Positions 26,148 through 34,506 of a DNA stretch of 64,000 nt are shown here, piece by piece. Numbering within the stretch: the first letter of the stretch is position 1; every line of letters begins with the position of its first letter. The DNA comes from Ignavibacteria bacterium. GTDB taxonomy: Bacteria; Bacteroidota; Ignavibacteria; Tepidaquicellales; OLB5. The DNA lies in contig JBHEKV010000060.1 in the NCBI GenBank assembly GCA_041859235.1, positions 4,884-68,883 on the forward strand. The letters run 5' to 3'. The notes below the pieces were generated by a model. It searched no databases, had not been told where the DNA came from, and saw only the letters and a list, made by a program, of their open reading frames with translations. The position numbers and the translations under genes are program-made.

Positions 26148-26693
26148 ATGAAAAATTGGAAAATTGATTCCGCACATTCAGAAGTAAAATTCAAAGTAAA
26201 GCATTTACTGGTATCAACAGTTACAGGGCAGTTCAATAAGTTCGATGCCGAAATTGAAGCACCTGATGAAACTTTTGAAAATGCAAAAGTAACATTTTCG
26301 GCAGATGTTGATTCAATTGATACAAAAAATGAACAGAGAGACGGTCACTTAAAATCAGCTGACTTCTTTGATGCTGAAAAAAATCCAAAGCTCACATTTG
26401 TTTCAAAAGAATTTAAGAAACTCTCAGAAGGCAAATTTGAGCTTACCGGTGATATGACAATAAGAGGAATAACCAAAGAAGTCACTCTGAATGTTGAATA
26501 TAATGGTATTGCTAAAGGATTTGACGGACTTGAAGTTGCAGGTTTTGAAATAACCGGTAAGCTTAACAGGTTTGATTTCGGTCTTCAGTGGAATGCCATG
26601 ACAGAAGCAGGCGGTATAGTTGTGGGCCCGGATGTAAAGCTTGAGATATTTGCTGAAATGAAAGAAGCTGCTGAAGTCAGCAAGGCCGCCTAA
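26148..26693 (+). CDS. YceI family (polyisoprenoid-binding) protein
   Basis: W.IDSAHSEVKFKVKHLLVSTVTGQFNKF is the hallmark N-terminus of YceI-like proteins. RBS GGAGG lies 8 nt upstream. Confidence 0.85.
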   Translation: MKNWKIDSAHSEVKFKVKHLLVSTVTGQFNKFDAEIEAPDETFENAKVTFSADVDSIDTKNEQRDGHLKSADFFDAEKNPKLTFVSKEFKKLSEGKFELTGDMTIRGITKEVTLNVEYNGIAKGFDGLEVAGFEITGKLNRFDFGLQWNAMTEAGGIVVGPDVKLEIFAEMKEAAEVSKAA

Positions 26694-26788
26694 GTTTTCA
26701 ATTTATAAAATAAATCGTTAAATTTACTGCTTCAAAATAATTTAAAGGAAAAGAATAAATAAATATCAACACATAAAAGATAACGAAA

Positions 26789-27499
26789 ATGAAAACAACA
26801 TTGCATAAAGCAGATTCGCGCGGTAAGGCTGATCACGGATGGTTAAATTCACACCATACCTTCAGCTTCGCATCTTATCATAACCCCGAAAGGGTGAGAT
26901 TCGGGCTGCTGCGTGTACTGAACGATGATATAGTACAGCCGGGTGAAGGTTTCGGCACTCACCCGCATGATAACATGGAAATTATTTCAATCCCTTTAAA
27001 AGGGGCTCTTGCACACAAGGATAGTACCGGTAACGAGCATGTTATAAATACAGGTGATGTACAGATAATGTCAGCAGGTTCAGGGCTGTATCACAGTGAA
27101 TACAACGCATCCAAAAAGAATGAAGTAAATTTCCTGCAGATTTGGGTGTTTCCAAAGGAGCGGGATATAGAACCGAGGTATGACCAAAAATCTTTTACCG
27201 CTGAAGAAAGAAAGAATAAATTTCAGCTGGTCGTATCACCCGATAAAGACAATGGCAGTCTATGGATTAACCAGGACGCATATTTTTCACTGGTGAACCT
27301 TGAAAAAGGTAAGGATGTTTCATATAATATCAATAAAAAAGGAAATAGTGTATACTTGTTCCTTATTGATGGCTCAATTACCGCCGCAGGTGAAAAGCTG
27401 GATAAACGCGATGGCATGGGAATCGAAGATACCAATGAAGTTGCAATTTCCGCCCGTGAGGACTCAGAATTGCTTGTAATTGAAGTTCCAATGAATTAA
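26789..27499 (+). CDS. Pirin family protein (YhhW-like bicupin)
   Basis: HGWLNSHHTFSFASYHNP and the cupin metal site FGTHPHDNMEIISIPLKG. Confidence 0.85.
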   Translation: MKTTLHKADSRGKADHGWLNSHHTFSFASYHNPERVRFGLLRVLNDDIVQPGEGFGTHPHDNMEIISIPLKGALAHKDSTGNEHVINTGDVQIMSAGSGLYHSEYNASKKNEVNFLQIWVFPKERDIEPRYDQKSFTAEERKNKFQLVVSPDKDNGSLWINQDAYFSLVNLEKGKDVSYNINKKGNSVYLFLIDGSITAAGEKLDKRDGMGIEDTNEVAISAREDSELLVIEVPMN

Positions 27500-27514
27500 A
27501 CAGTTAATATTGAT

Positions 27515-28093
27515 ATGAATAATTTCGATGTAATTTCTGAGGTAATAAAAAAACGAAGGACTGTAAAGCCGGCAAAGATGAACGGCAAAGCTGTGCCCGA
27601 TGAACAGGTAAAGCAGCTTTTAGAACTGGCAGACTGGGCGCCCACACATAAACATACTGAACCCTGGAGGTTCATTGTGTATGCCGGTCAAAAGGCAAAA
27701 GAATTCGTTTCTCAGCATGCAGAGCTTTACCGAAAAAGCGCTGCAGAAGATAAGTTCAACAATGATAAATATGAGAAGATACTCGGTAACGGGAAGAATC
27801 TTTCGCACCTGATAGTTTGTATAATGAAGCGCGATGAACAGAAACGAGTACCGGAAATTGAAGAAATTTCTGCGGCAGCAGCGGCTATTCAGAATATTCT
27901 GCTTGGGGCAACATCTTTGGGAATAGCAAACTTCTGGTCAACAGGCGGCATGACACACACGGATGCTATGAAAGAATTCCTGGGACTCAACTTTGATGAT
28001 AATGTTATGGGATTAATATATCTTGGCTATTCAGATAGTGAATATGATGGGAAAAGAGTGATTCCCATTGAAGAGAAAATAACATGGAAATAA
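27515..28093 (+). CDS. Nitroreductase family protein
   Basis: KRRTVKP, APTHKHTEPWRFIV, and C-terminal ..FWSTGG.. typical of the NfsB/FRP fold. Confidence 0.8.
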   Translation: MNNFDVISEVIKKRRTVKPAKMNGKAVPDEQVKQLLELADWAPTHKHTEPWRFIVYAGQKAKEFVSQHAELYRKSAAEDKFNNDKYEKILGNGKNLSHLIVCIMKRDEQKRVPEIEEISAAAAAIQNILLGATSLGIANFWSTGGMTHTDAMKEFLGLNFDDNVMGLIYLGYSDSEYDGKRVIPIEEKITWK

Positions 28094-28120
28094 ATCAATT
28101 AAACAAATCAATAATATCAA

Positions 28121-28825
28121 ATGAAAATACTGTATATTTTCCCTCATCCAGATGATGAATCATTCGGACCTGCACAGGTAATGTCAAAGCAGCGCAGAGA
28201 TGGCCACGATGTTTACCTGCTTACATTAACCAAAGGCGGCGCAACAAAACAGCGCCACAAATATGGATACACAATTGAAGAAATGGGTGAAGTGCGGTAC
28301 AAAGAAATGCTTGATGTTAAAAAAGTACTTAACTTAACAGGCATGAATGTACTTGACCTTCCCGATAGCGGCCTGAAAGAAATGGACCCGAGAGATATTG
28401 AAAAAGTTGTTAAGGATGAAATTGAACGCCTTAAACCTGATGTAATTGTTACATATGCTGTACACGGAATAAGCGGCTTCCATGATCATTTGATAATTCA
28501 CGGTATCGTTAAACGAGTGTTTGTTGAGATGAAGGAATCGGCACCATACTTAAAAAGGCTGGCACTCTTCACAATAACCGAAGAAGCTGCTGCAAAGCAG
28601 ACCCATTTCAAAATTAGCGGCTCAAAACCTGAAGAAATTGACTGTATTGTAAAGGTTGATAAGCAGGATGTTCAGAATTCTATAAAGGCCCTTGATTGTT
28701 ATGTGACTTTTAAGGAAACCATAGACGCAACAAAGATCAAAGAACAGATTCCCGATGAAGCTGTGTTTGAGATCTTCGGGGAAACACATGAACCAAAACT
28801 TAAAGACCTGTTTGAAGGTTTATAA
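28121..28825 (+). CDS. PIG-L/LmbE family deacetylase
   Basis: ILYIFPHPDDESFGP (zinc-binding HPDDE motif) and downstream HGISGFHDH. Confidence 0.8.
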   Translation: MKILYIFPHPDDESFGPAQVMSKQRRDGHDVYLLTLTKGGATKQRHKYGYTIEEMGEVRYKEMLDVKKVLNLTGMNVLDLPDSGLKEMDPRDIEKVVKDEIERLKPDVIVTYAVHGISGFHDHLIIHGIVKRVFVEMKESAPYLKRLALFTITEEAAAKQTHFKISGSKPEEIDCIVKVDKQDVQNSIKALDCYVTFKETIDATKIKEQIPDEAVFEIFGETHEPKLKDLFEGL

Positions 28826-28849
28826 ATACAGAGGACAAATATAAACAAT

Positions 28850-29155
28850 ATGATAATAATGTATGAATACCTGGCAGATATTGACCTGCCCGTTCCGTTC
28901 ACTGATGATTTCCTGGCACTTGTTCCCAGGCAAAGAGCAATGGTAAACAAACTTATGAACGAAGGGGTAATTTCAAGTTATGCCCTTTCAATCGAAAGCG
29001 GCAAACTGTGGATAAACATCATCGCGGAGTCTGAAGATAATGTAAGAACTCTCATAGATAGTTTTCCTATTGCTGAGCATATATTTTACAGGGTACATAA
29101 ACTCACTTTTCATAACAGCATCAGTTTCAAGATTCCGGATTTTTCAGTAAACTGA
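28850..29155 (+). CDS. Small ferredoxin-fold protein, muconolactone-isomerase-like (tentative)
   Basis: About 100 aa. The pattern ..DIDLPVPFTDDF..R.....L..EG...S..LS.ESGKLWINIIAESEDNVRTLIDSFPIAEHI.. parallels the MIase family layout. Recognition is by eye only. Confidence 0.4.
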   Translation: MIIMYEYLADIDLPVPFTDDFLALVPRQRAMVNKLMNEGVISSYALSIESGKLWINIIAESEDNVRTLIDSFPIAEHIFYRVHKLTFHNSISFKIPDFSVN

Positions 29156-29219
29156 GCTTTCCGGTATGGATCATGTTTTACCTTTATACAATAATCATAA
29201 TTTGTGAGATAAATACAAA

Positions 29220-30074
29220 ATGAAAATACCGGATACTACAAAGATCCTGGGTGCAGAACTGAAAGTTAAGGACCTGAAGAGGTCACTTAACTTTTACTCT
29301 CACTTAATCGGATTCAAAATAATTAACCAAACTGAAAGTACGGCGGAACTTTCAGCCAGCGGAAAATTGCCGTACATACTGAAGCTTGCAGAAGATAGAA
29401 CCGCAGTGTACCGGCACAAAGGTACCACCGGACTCTTCCATATTGCTATAAGGCTGCCAAACAGGAAAGAGCTCGCGCGGGTTTTCCTCAGACTATTTAA
29501 GGAAAGGGTCAAGTTCCAGGGATTTTCAGATCATTTAGTAAGCGAAGCTTTGTATCTTGCTGACCCCGATGAGAACGGCGTTGAGCTTTATGCTGATAGA
29601 CCCAAAGATGAGTGGCAGTATAATATGGGTCAGATCGTTATGGATACTCTCCCATTGAATTTAAATGTAATTACTGATGAACTTGATGACAGGAATGTAT
29701 GGAACGGTATTCACCCAGATACTGATCTGGGTCATATTCATCTGAATGTAAGTGACCTGAACAAAGCTCAAAAATTTTACAGTCTAATATTAGGAATGAA
29801 TGTAACCAATTCAGTTTACAACGGCGCAATGTTCTTTTCTGCGGGCGGTTACCACCATCATGTAGGCACAAATGTGTGGTCGTCACGGAACGGCTCCCCT
29901 GCCCCTGAAAATACAATGGGACTATTAAGTTATTCAATAAAAATACCTGATGCAGATTATATATCTGAAATTCAATCCCGCGCCGCTGAAGCAGGATTGG
30001 TCATAAGAGATTTTGACAGCAAACAACTGCTTTTAAGAGATTTGGATAATATAAAAATTAATATCATTTTGTAG
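29220..30074 (+). CDS. Two-domain VOC (glyoxalase/extradiol dioxygenase) family protein
   Basis: Two VOC modules (LKVKDLKRSLNFYSHLIGF.. and HIHLNVSDLNKAQKFYSLILGM..) plus GGYHHHVGTNVW, typical of ring-cleaving/glyoxalase-like proteins. Confidence 0.75.
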   Translation: MKIPDTTKILGAELKVKDLKRSLNFYSHLIGFKIINQTESTAELSASGKLPYILKLAEDRTAVYRHKGTTGLFHIAIRLPNRKELARVFLRLFKERVKFQGFSDHLVSEALYLADPDENGVELYADRPKDEWQYNMGQIVMDTLPLNLNVITDELDDRNVWNGIHPDTDLGHIHLNVSDLNKAQKFYSLILGMNVTNSVYNGAMFFSAGGYHHHVGTNVWSSRNGSPAPENTMGLLSYSIKIPDADYISEIQSRAAEAGLVIRDFDSKQLLLRDLDNIKINIIL

Positions 30075-30150
30075 CAAAAATGGATTTTTATAGTGAATTT
30101 GATATTGTATCTTACATTTAACCATTCATACTTAAGAGCAGTATTTAATC

Positions 30151-31443
30151 ATGAAAACCGAAGTTGTTCCGTATGATCCTGCATGGAAGCAAAAGTATTT
30201 GCTTGAATCCCTTGCAATTAAGCAAAAATGCGGAGACAAGATCCTGATCATAGAACATGCAGGCAGTACCTCTGTGGAGGGTTTGGCTGCCAAACCGGTT
30301 ATTGATATTTATATAGGGACAAGGTCTATTGAAGATGCACACAGCCTTATTACACCTTTAACTGAACTGGGTTATGAATACTACAAAGATTTTGAAGAAG
30401 TACTCCCTTTCAGGAGGTACTTCAGGAAATTCATAGAGGGCAAACGTTCTTTTCACATTCATGCAACACATGCTGGTCATTATTTCAGGAACATTGATTT
30501 AATGTTCAGGGATTACGTTTCAGTGAACAAAGCTGCAGCGAAAGAATATGCGGACTTGAAACTGAAGCTCGCTGAAATAGACTTTGAAGATCCGATGGGA
30601 TATAATCACGCTAAGGATGAACTTTGTCTGAAATTGAAATCAGAAGCTCTGAAGTATTTTGGCGATATGTTTGAGAAGACTGAATCAGAAGCAACTTATC
30701 TTATGCATAAATTCGCTGATAATGGCTCATTGAACAAAGCCGGATTCAAGTTGCTGCGCAAAGATAATTTAACTGCTATCAGGTCAGATATTTTTCCGGG
30801 TTTTTCTCTTAACAGGGCGCTTGGAATGAGTTATATTGATAATGAGTTTCTTGATTTGATGGATGACTTCTACAAAGGCAAAGCAGGAAAATATGCACTG
30901 CAAATACCACCCCGATTATTGAATGATAAAACAAAAGAACTGCTGAAAGCAAGGAATTACAATTATGTTAACTCCTGGGTTACTTTCTATAGAGATACTT
31001 CTACCTTCGAAACCAGGGGAACAGATCTCGAGATCCGTGAAGTAACAAAAGAACGTGCTCAGGATTTTGCGTATATGCTGAATGAAGTATTTAGCTTCCC
31101 GCATGAATTTGACGGTGTAGTCAGTTCAACAATTGGTACTGAACCTTGGATAAATTTTATGGCATTGGATGGTTCAAAACCAGCCGGCTCTGCGGGGGTA
31201 TGCATTACAGGCGAAACAGCGTATTTATCATTCGCCAATGTGCTGCCTGAATACAGAAGACGCGGGATACAGGGTGAACTGCTTAAACGCAGAATAGACG
31301 CGGCGCACAAGCGCGGTGTAAAATGGATCTTTGTTGATACAGGCGAAGACACCGAAGAGAACCCGAATCCGTCATATTGGAACATCTTGAGGTGCGGATT
31401 CCGTTTAATGTATAACAGACCTAATTATGTAAAAGAACAGTGA
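30151..31443 (+). CDS. GrpB-domain / GNAT acetyltransferase fusion protein
   Basis: N-terminus VVPYDPAWKQKY..IEHAGSTSVEGLAAKPVIDI (GrpB signature). C-terminus ..PEYRRRGIQGELLKRRIDAAHKRGVKWIFVDT.. (GNAT acetyl-CoA site). Confidence 0.7.
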   Translation: MKTEVVPYDPAWKQKYLLESLAIKQKCGDKILIIEHAGSTSVEGLAAKPVIDIYIGTRSIEDAHSLITPLTELGYEYYKDFEEVLPFRRYFRKFIEGKRSFHIHATHAGHYFRNIDLMFRDYVSVNKAAAKEYADLKLKLAEIDFEDPMGYNHAKDELCLKLKSEALKYFGDMFEKTESEATYLMHKFADNGSLNKAGFKLLRKDNLTAIRSDIFPGFSLNRALGMSYIDNEFLDLMDDFYKGKAGKYALQIPPRLLNDKTKELLKARNYNYVNSWVTFYRDTSTFETRGTDLEIREVTKERAQDFAYMLNEVFSFPHEFDGVVSSTIGTEPWINFMALDGSKPAGSAGVCITGETAYLSFANVLPEYRRRGIQGELLKRRIDAAHKRGVKWIFVDTGEDTEENPNPSYWNILRCGFRLMYNRPNYVKEQ

Positions 31444-32483
31444 AATTAAAACTAATAGTACTTTTTTTAATACTGGGCAGTGAAGTAATTGCAGATCAGA
31501 AACTTCTGCCTCCTGAAAGCGGGATTTATCATACCGTCTTTTCTACAATGTATTCATCTTCCAACAATGTATCAGAAAGCGAAGTCCCCTATTTTGTAAA
31601 CCTGGTGAGCAAAAAGATCGTATGGCTGAATTTTTCGAATGACTGGTTTGATGGAATAAAATTCCCCGCACAATCAGTCAGGAATATTTACAAAAGCGGA
31701 ACAATTCCTTCGATCAGGATAATGCCCTGGAGCACTTACGATAAGCACGATAAAAAATATCCGCTGAAGAAAATAGTGAACGGAGACTTTGATAAAGAAC
31801 TGACCAAGTGGGCAAAAGAACTGGAAGCAACCGGAATACCCGTTTTGCTGGATTTTGCCGCAGAGCCCAATGGCAATTGGTTTCCATGGAGCGGTGAGTT
31901 CAATGGTAAAGGTTCATTCACAGCTTATGGTGATAAAAATTATCCTGATGGACCGGAGATATGGCGCGATGCCTACAGGCATATTGTTAAACTATTCAAG
32001 AAAGCAGGCGTTACCCGTGCAACATGGGTCTTTCATGTAAATTCAATAGGTTCATCGGATGAGGAATGGAATAAAATTAAGTATTACTATCCCGGTGATG
32101 AATATATAGATTGGCTTGGATTAAGCGCCTACGGTCCCCAGCGGTGGGGAGAAACCTACATTCACTTTCTGGACGTAATGAAACCCGGATACTATGATCT
32201 TGCCGCGCTTAGTGAAACAAAACCAATCGCGGTACTGGAGTTCGGAGTGGCAGATTACCTGCCTTCAATAAGCAAACCTAACTGGATCCAGGATGCACTC
32301 TATTCTGTGCAGACAGCTGAATATTACAGGATTAAAGCTGTAGGCTGGTGGCACTCAACCTGGATCAATAATGACGGTACAATGTCAGCTATACAAATAG
32401 ATTCATCACCTGATGCACTAAGGTTTTACAAAGAAGCAATAGCACAGCCCGTATTTGTAAGTGAATATAAACTGAGTAAATGA
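31440..32483 (+). CDS. Secreted glycoside hydrolase, GH26-like
   Basis: Signal peptide. FAAEPNGNWFPWSG resembles the GH26 acid/base region (..hE.NG.WFWWG). IAVLEFGV is the candidate nucleophile Glu. GTG start overlaps the upstream stop. Confidence 0.55.
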   Translation: MKLKLIVLFLILGSEVIADQKLLPPESGIYHTVFSTMYSSSNNVSESEVPYFVNLVSKKIVWLNFSNDWFDGIKFPAQSVRNIYKSGTIPSIRIMPWSTYDKHDKKYPLKKIVNGDFDKELTKWAKELEATGIPVLLDFAAEPNGNWFPWSGEFNGKGSFTAYGDKNYPDGPEIWRDAYRHIVKLFKKAGVTRATWVFHVNSIGSSDEEWNKIKYYYPGDEYIDWLGLSAYGPQRWGETYIHFLDVMKPGYYDLAALSETKPIAVLEFGVADYLPSISKPNWIQDALYSVQTAEYYRIKAVGWWHSTWINNDGTMSAIQIDSSPDALRFYKEAIAQPVFVSEYKLSK

Positions 32484-33184
32484 TTTTACGAAAAAACAGT
32501 GCGATATTTTATTTAATAATTGGAATTTACATTATCTCAATTCTATATTTATTATTAAATTTAAGTATTGAATGTAGAGCAAGTTTATATATGTTCAGTG
32601 GAAATACAAGTCCTAGTAATACAAATCTATTAATACTAGAAAATGCACTCAGTATGATATTTTGGTTAAATTTTTTTAAGCTTTACTTTTTTGTTAGTTG
32701 GGTTGCCTTAGTAACTTTTGTTTTAATATTTCAGCAAATAAATAGAAAAATATTAACTATTATTTCAGCCTGGGCAATCATTCTGATTTCATTTCATTTT
32801 ACCACAAGCAAACTACTTACACAGCAATATTTAATTGTTTTCGAAAATCAAGTAGTCCCGGAAAGTGAAATATATAGGCCCTTAAAAAAAGCTGGTTACA
32901 ATGTTTGCGAACTGTTAAATGAAAAAATAATTAACTGGGATTACCCGAATCGAAGGTACGCTATTTCTATGCTTGGAAAATATAAATACGAACCAGCAAT
33001 TGGTAATTTAAAGAAGATATTGTATTCTGATGCAGAAAAATTTTACATAAAATGTGATTGCATTCAGGCATTGGAAGAAATAAACAATGCAGAATCATTG
33101 CAGATAGTTTCTATCTACAAAAATAAATTAGACCCTAAGAATGATTCTTTAATAATTAATTACTTAAAATTATCAGTAAATTAG
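32480..33184 (+). CDS. Membrane protein with C-terminal HEAT-like repeats
   Basis: About 4 TM helices, then ..RRYAISMLGKYKYEPAIGNLKKILYSD..CDCIQALEEINNAES.. (HEAT/PBS-lyase-like repeat pattern). Visibly AT-richer than its neighbours. Confidence 0.5.
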   Translation: MILRKNSAIFYLIIGIYIISILYLLLNLSIECRASLYMFSGNTSPSNTNLLILENALSMIFWLNFFKLYFFVSWVALVTFVLIFQQINRKILTIISAWAIILISFHFTTSKLLTQQYLIVFENQVVPESEIYRPLKKAGYNVCELLNEKIINWDYPNRRYAISMLGKYKYEPAIGNLKKILYSDAEKFYIKCDCIQALEEINNAESLQIVSIYKNKLDPKNDSLIINYLKLSVN

Positions 33185-33197
33185 AACAAATTGAAAT

Positions 33198-33758
33198 TTG
33201 AACGATAAAATTATAATCAGCATATGCGGTGCAGCGGGAGCCGGTAAAACAACTCTTGCAAAAAAACTTGTAAAAGAGCTTGGCGAAAATATGGCATCAG
33301 GGATTCCCGGGGACTATTACCTTAAATCATACAGCGGTGAACCGCTTGAAGATTACATGAACACTCCTTTTAAATATGACTGGGATATGATCCAGCAGGT
33401 TATAAATAATCCCATAGGTCTCTCAGCAGAAACACCGGATTTTGATTTCAATAAACTAATAAGGATAAATAAAACCGGCGGCAAGCCGTTCACGATCCGA
33501 AGGTATATGATGATCGATACAATGCTCCCCTACCCCAGAAGCAATTATATATTCAGGATTACAGCTCCTGAAGATCTTAGATTAAAGAATATTAAGGAAC
33601 GTGATAAAGCGCAGAAAACCAATTCAGCCCGCAACTGGGAAAAAATGGAGGTCACGGCAAAAGAACTTTCCTCGAGGAAAATAAGATTCAATATGGAATT
33701 GAGCGCATTTAATGAATTTGAAATCAATGTAGGGAAGATAATAGATTATTTAAAGTAA
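33198..33758 (+). CDS. P-loop kinase (uridine kinase/PRK-like family)
   Basis: Walker A ICGAAGAGKTTLAKKL at the N-terminus. About 185 aa. TTG start. Confidence 0.55.
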   Translation: MNDKIIISICGAAGAGKTTLAKKLVKELGENMASGIPGDYYLKSYSGEPLEDYMNTPFKYDWDMIQQVINNPIGLSAETPDFDFNKLIRINKTGGKPFTIRRYMMIDTMLPYPRSNYIFRITAPEDLRLKNIKERDKAQKTNSARNWEKMEVTAKELSSRKIRFNMELSAFNEFEINVGKIIDYLK

Positions 33759-33776
33759 TAAAACCTTTGCAGCAAT

Positions 33777-34121
33777 TTATCTTTTAGCTCTTGCAAGCAC
33801 AGCAAACTGTAAAAAATACTCATTTAGGAAGTCCATTTGGTTCTTGCAATCTATATTATTTTCCTGATCGAAAAATAATGAACAGAATAATTCACGACTT
33901 CTCGTGATCTCTTTCAATCTGTCTTTCCATCTTCTATCGGCCAGAGTCAGGTCAAATAGTTCTAAAGTTCTGTCAATCGCTTTATCCAAACGTTCCTTAT
34001 CGTCTTTTTCAAAAGAAGCGATTGTTCTGTTGACTTCACTGCCAATATTTGCAAGCTGCTCGGCAAGTGTCATAGTAAACCATTTGCCCTGAGCCAAATC
34101 AACATGATAACCTTTATTCAT
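33777..34121 (-). CDS. Conserved hypothetical helical protein
   Basis: 114 aa. GKWFTMTLAEQLANIGSEVNRTI..ALELFDLTLAD.RWK.RLKEI.R.RE.. looks like a conserved small family that I cannot name. Its start overlaps the upstream gene by 8 nt. Confidence 0.55.
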   Translation of the reverse strand: MNKGYHVDLAQGKWFTMTLAEQLANIGSEVNRTIASFEKDDKERLDKAIDRTLELFDLTLADRRWKDRLKEITRSRELFCSLFFDQENNIDCKNQMDFLNEYFLQFAVLARAKR

Positions 34122-34458
34122 ATTTCAGTAATTTTTCAATGATTAACATGATCCTGTTCCGGACATCAATATCCTCTACATCTCTGGAGCGGTTGCCTTG
34201 CCTGGGACGAATATTGATCATAGAATCAAACTCTATCATTTTATCATTTTCATTAAAAGGGTAGATATTAATGCCCCATAAATCTTTCTGCTGAGAACCA
34301 TTCTGCAGGAGTAATCCTTCTTCATCAGAATGCAATTCAGCATCAATTACCAAAATCTCTTTTTCTATATCAACTACGCCTTTAACAAAGTCACCAAATC
34401 CACTTTCAGCAATTTGTTTTAATTCTGTAACAGATATTTTCTCTTTAATAATTTTCAA
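34114..34458 (-). CDS. DUF5674-like protein
   Basis: 114 aa. ..FVKGVVDIEKEILVIDAELHSDEEGLLLQNGSQQKDLWGINIYP...FDSMINIRPRQGNRSRDVED.. matches my recollection of DUF5674. Needs HMM confirmation. Confidence 0.55.
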   Translation of the reverse strand: MKIIKEKISVTELKQIAESGFGDFVKGVVDIEKEILVIDAELHSDEEGLLLQNGSQQKDLWGINIYPFNENDKMIEFDSMINIRPRQGNRSRDVEDIDVRNRIMLIIEKLLKYE

Positions 34459-34506
34459 AACACAAATTTACTTTATTTTAATTCTCCGCGATTCTCGGTA
34501 AAAATC

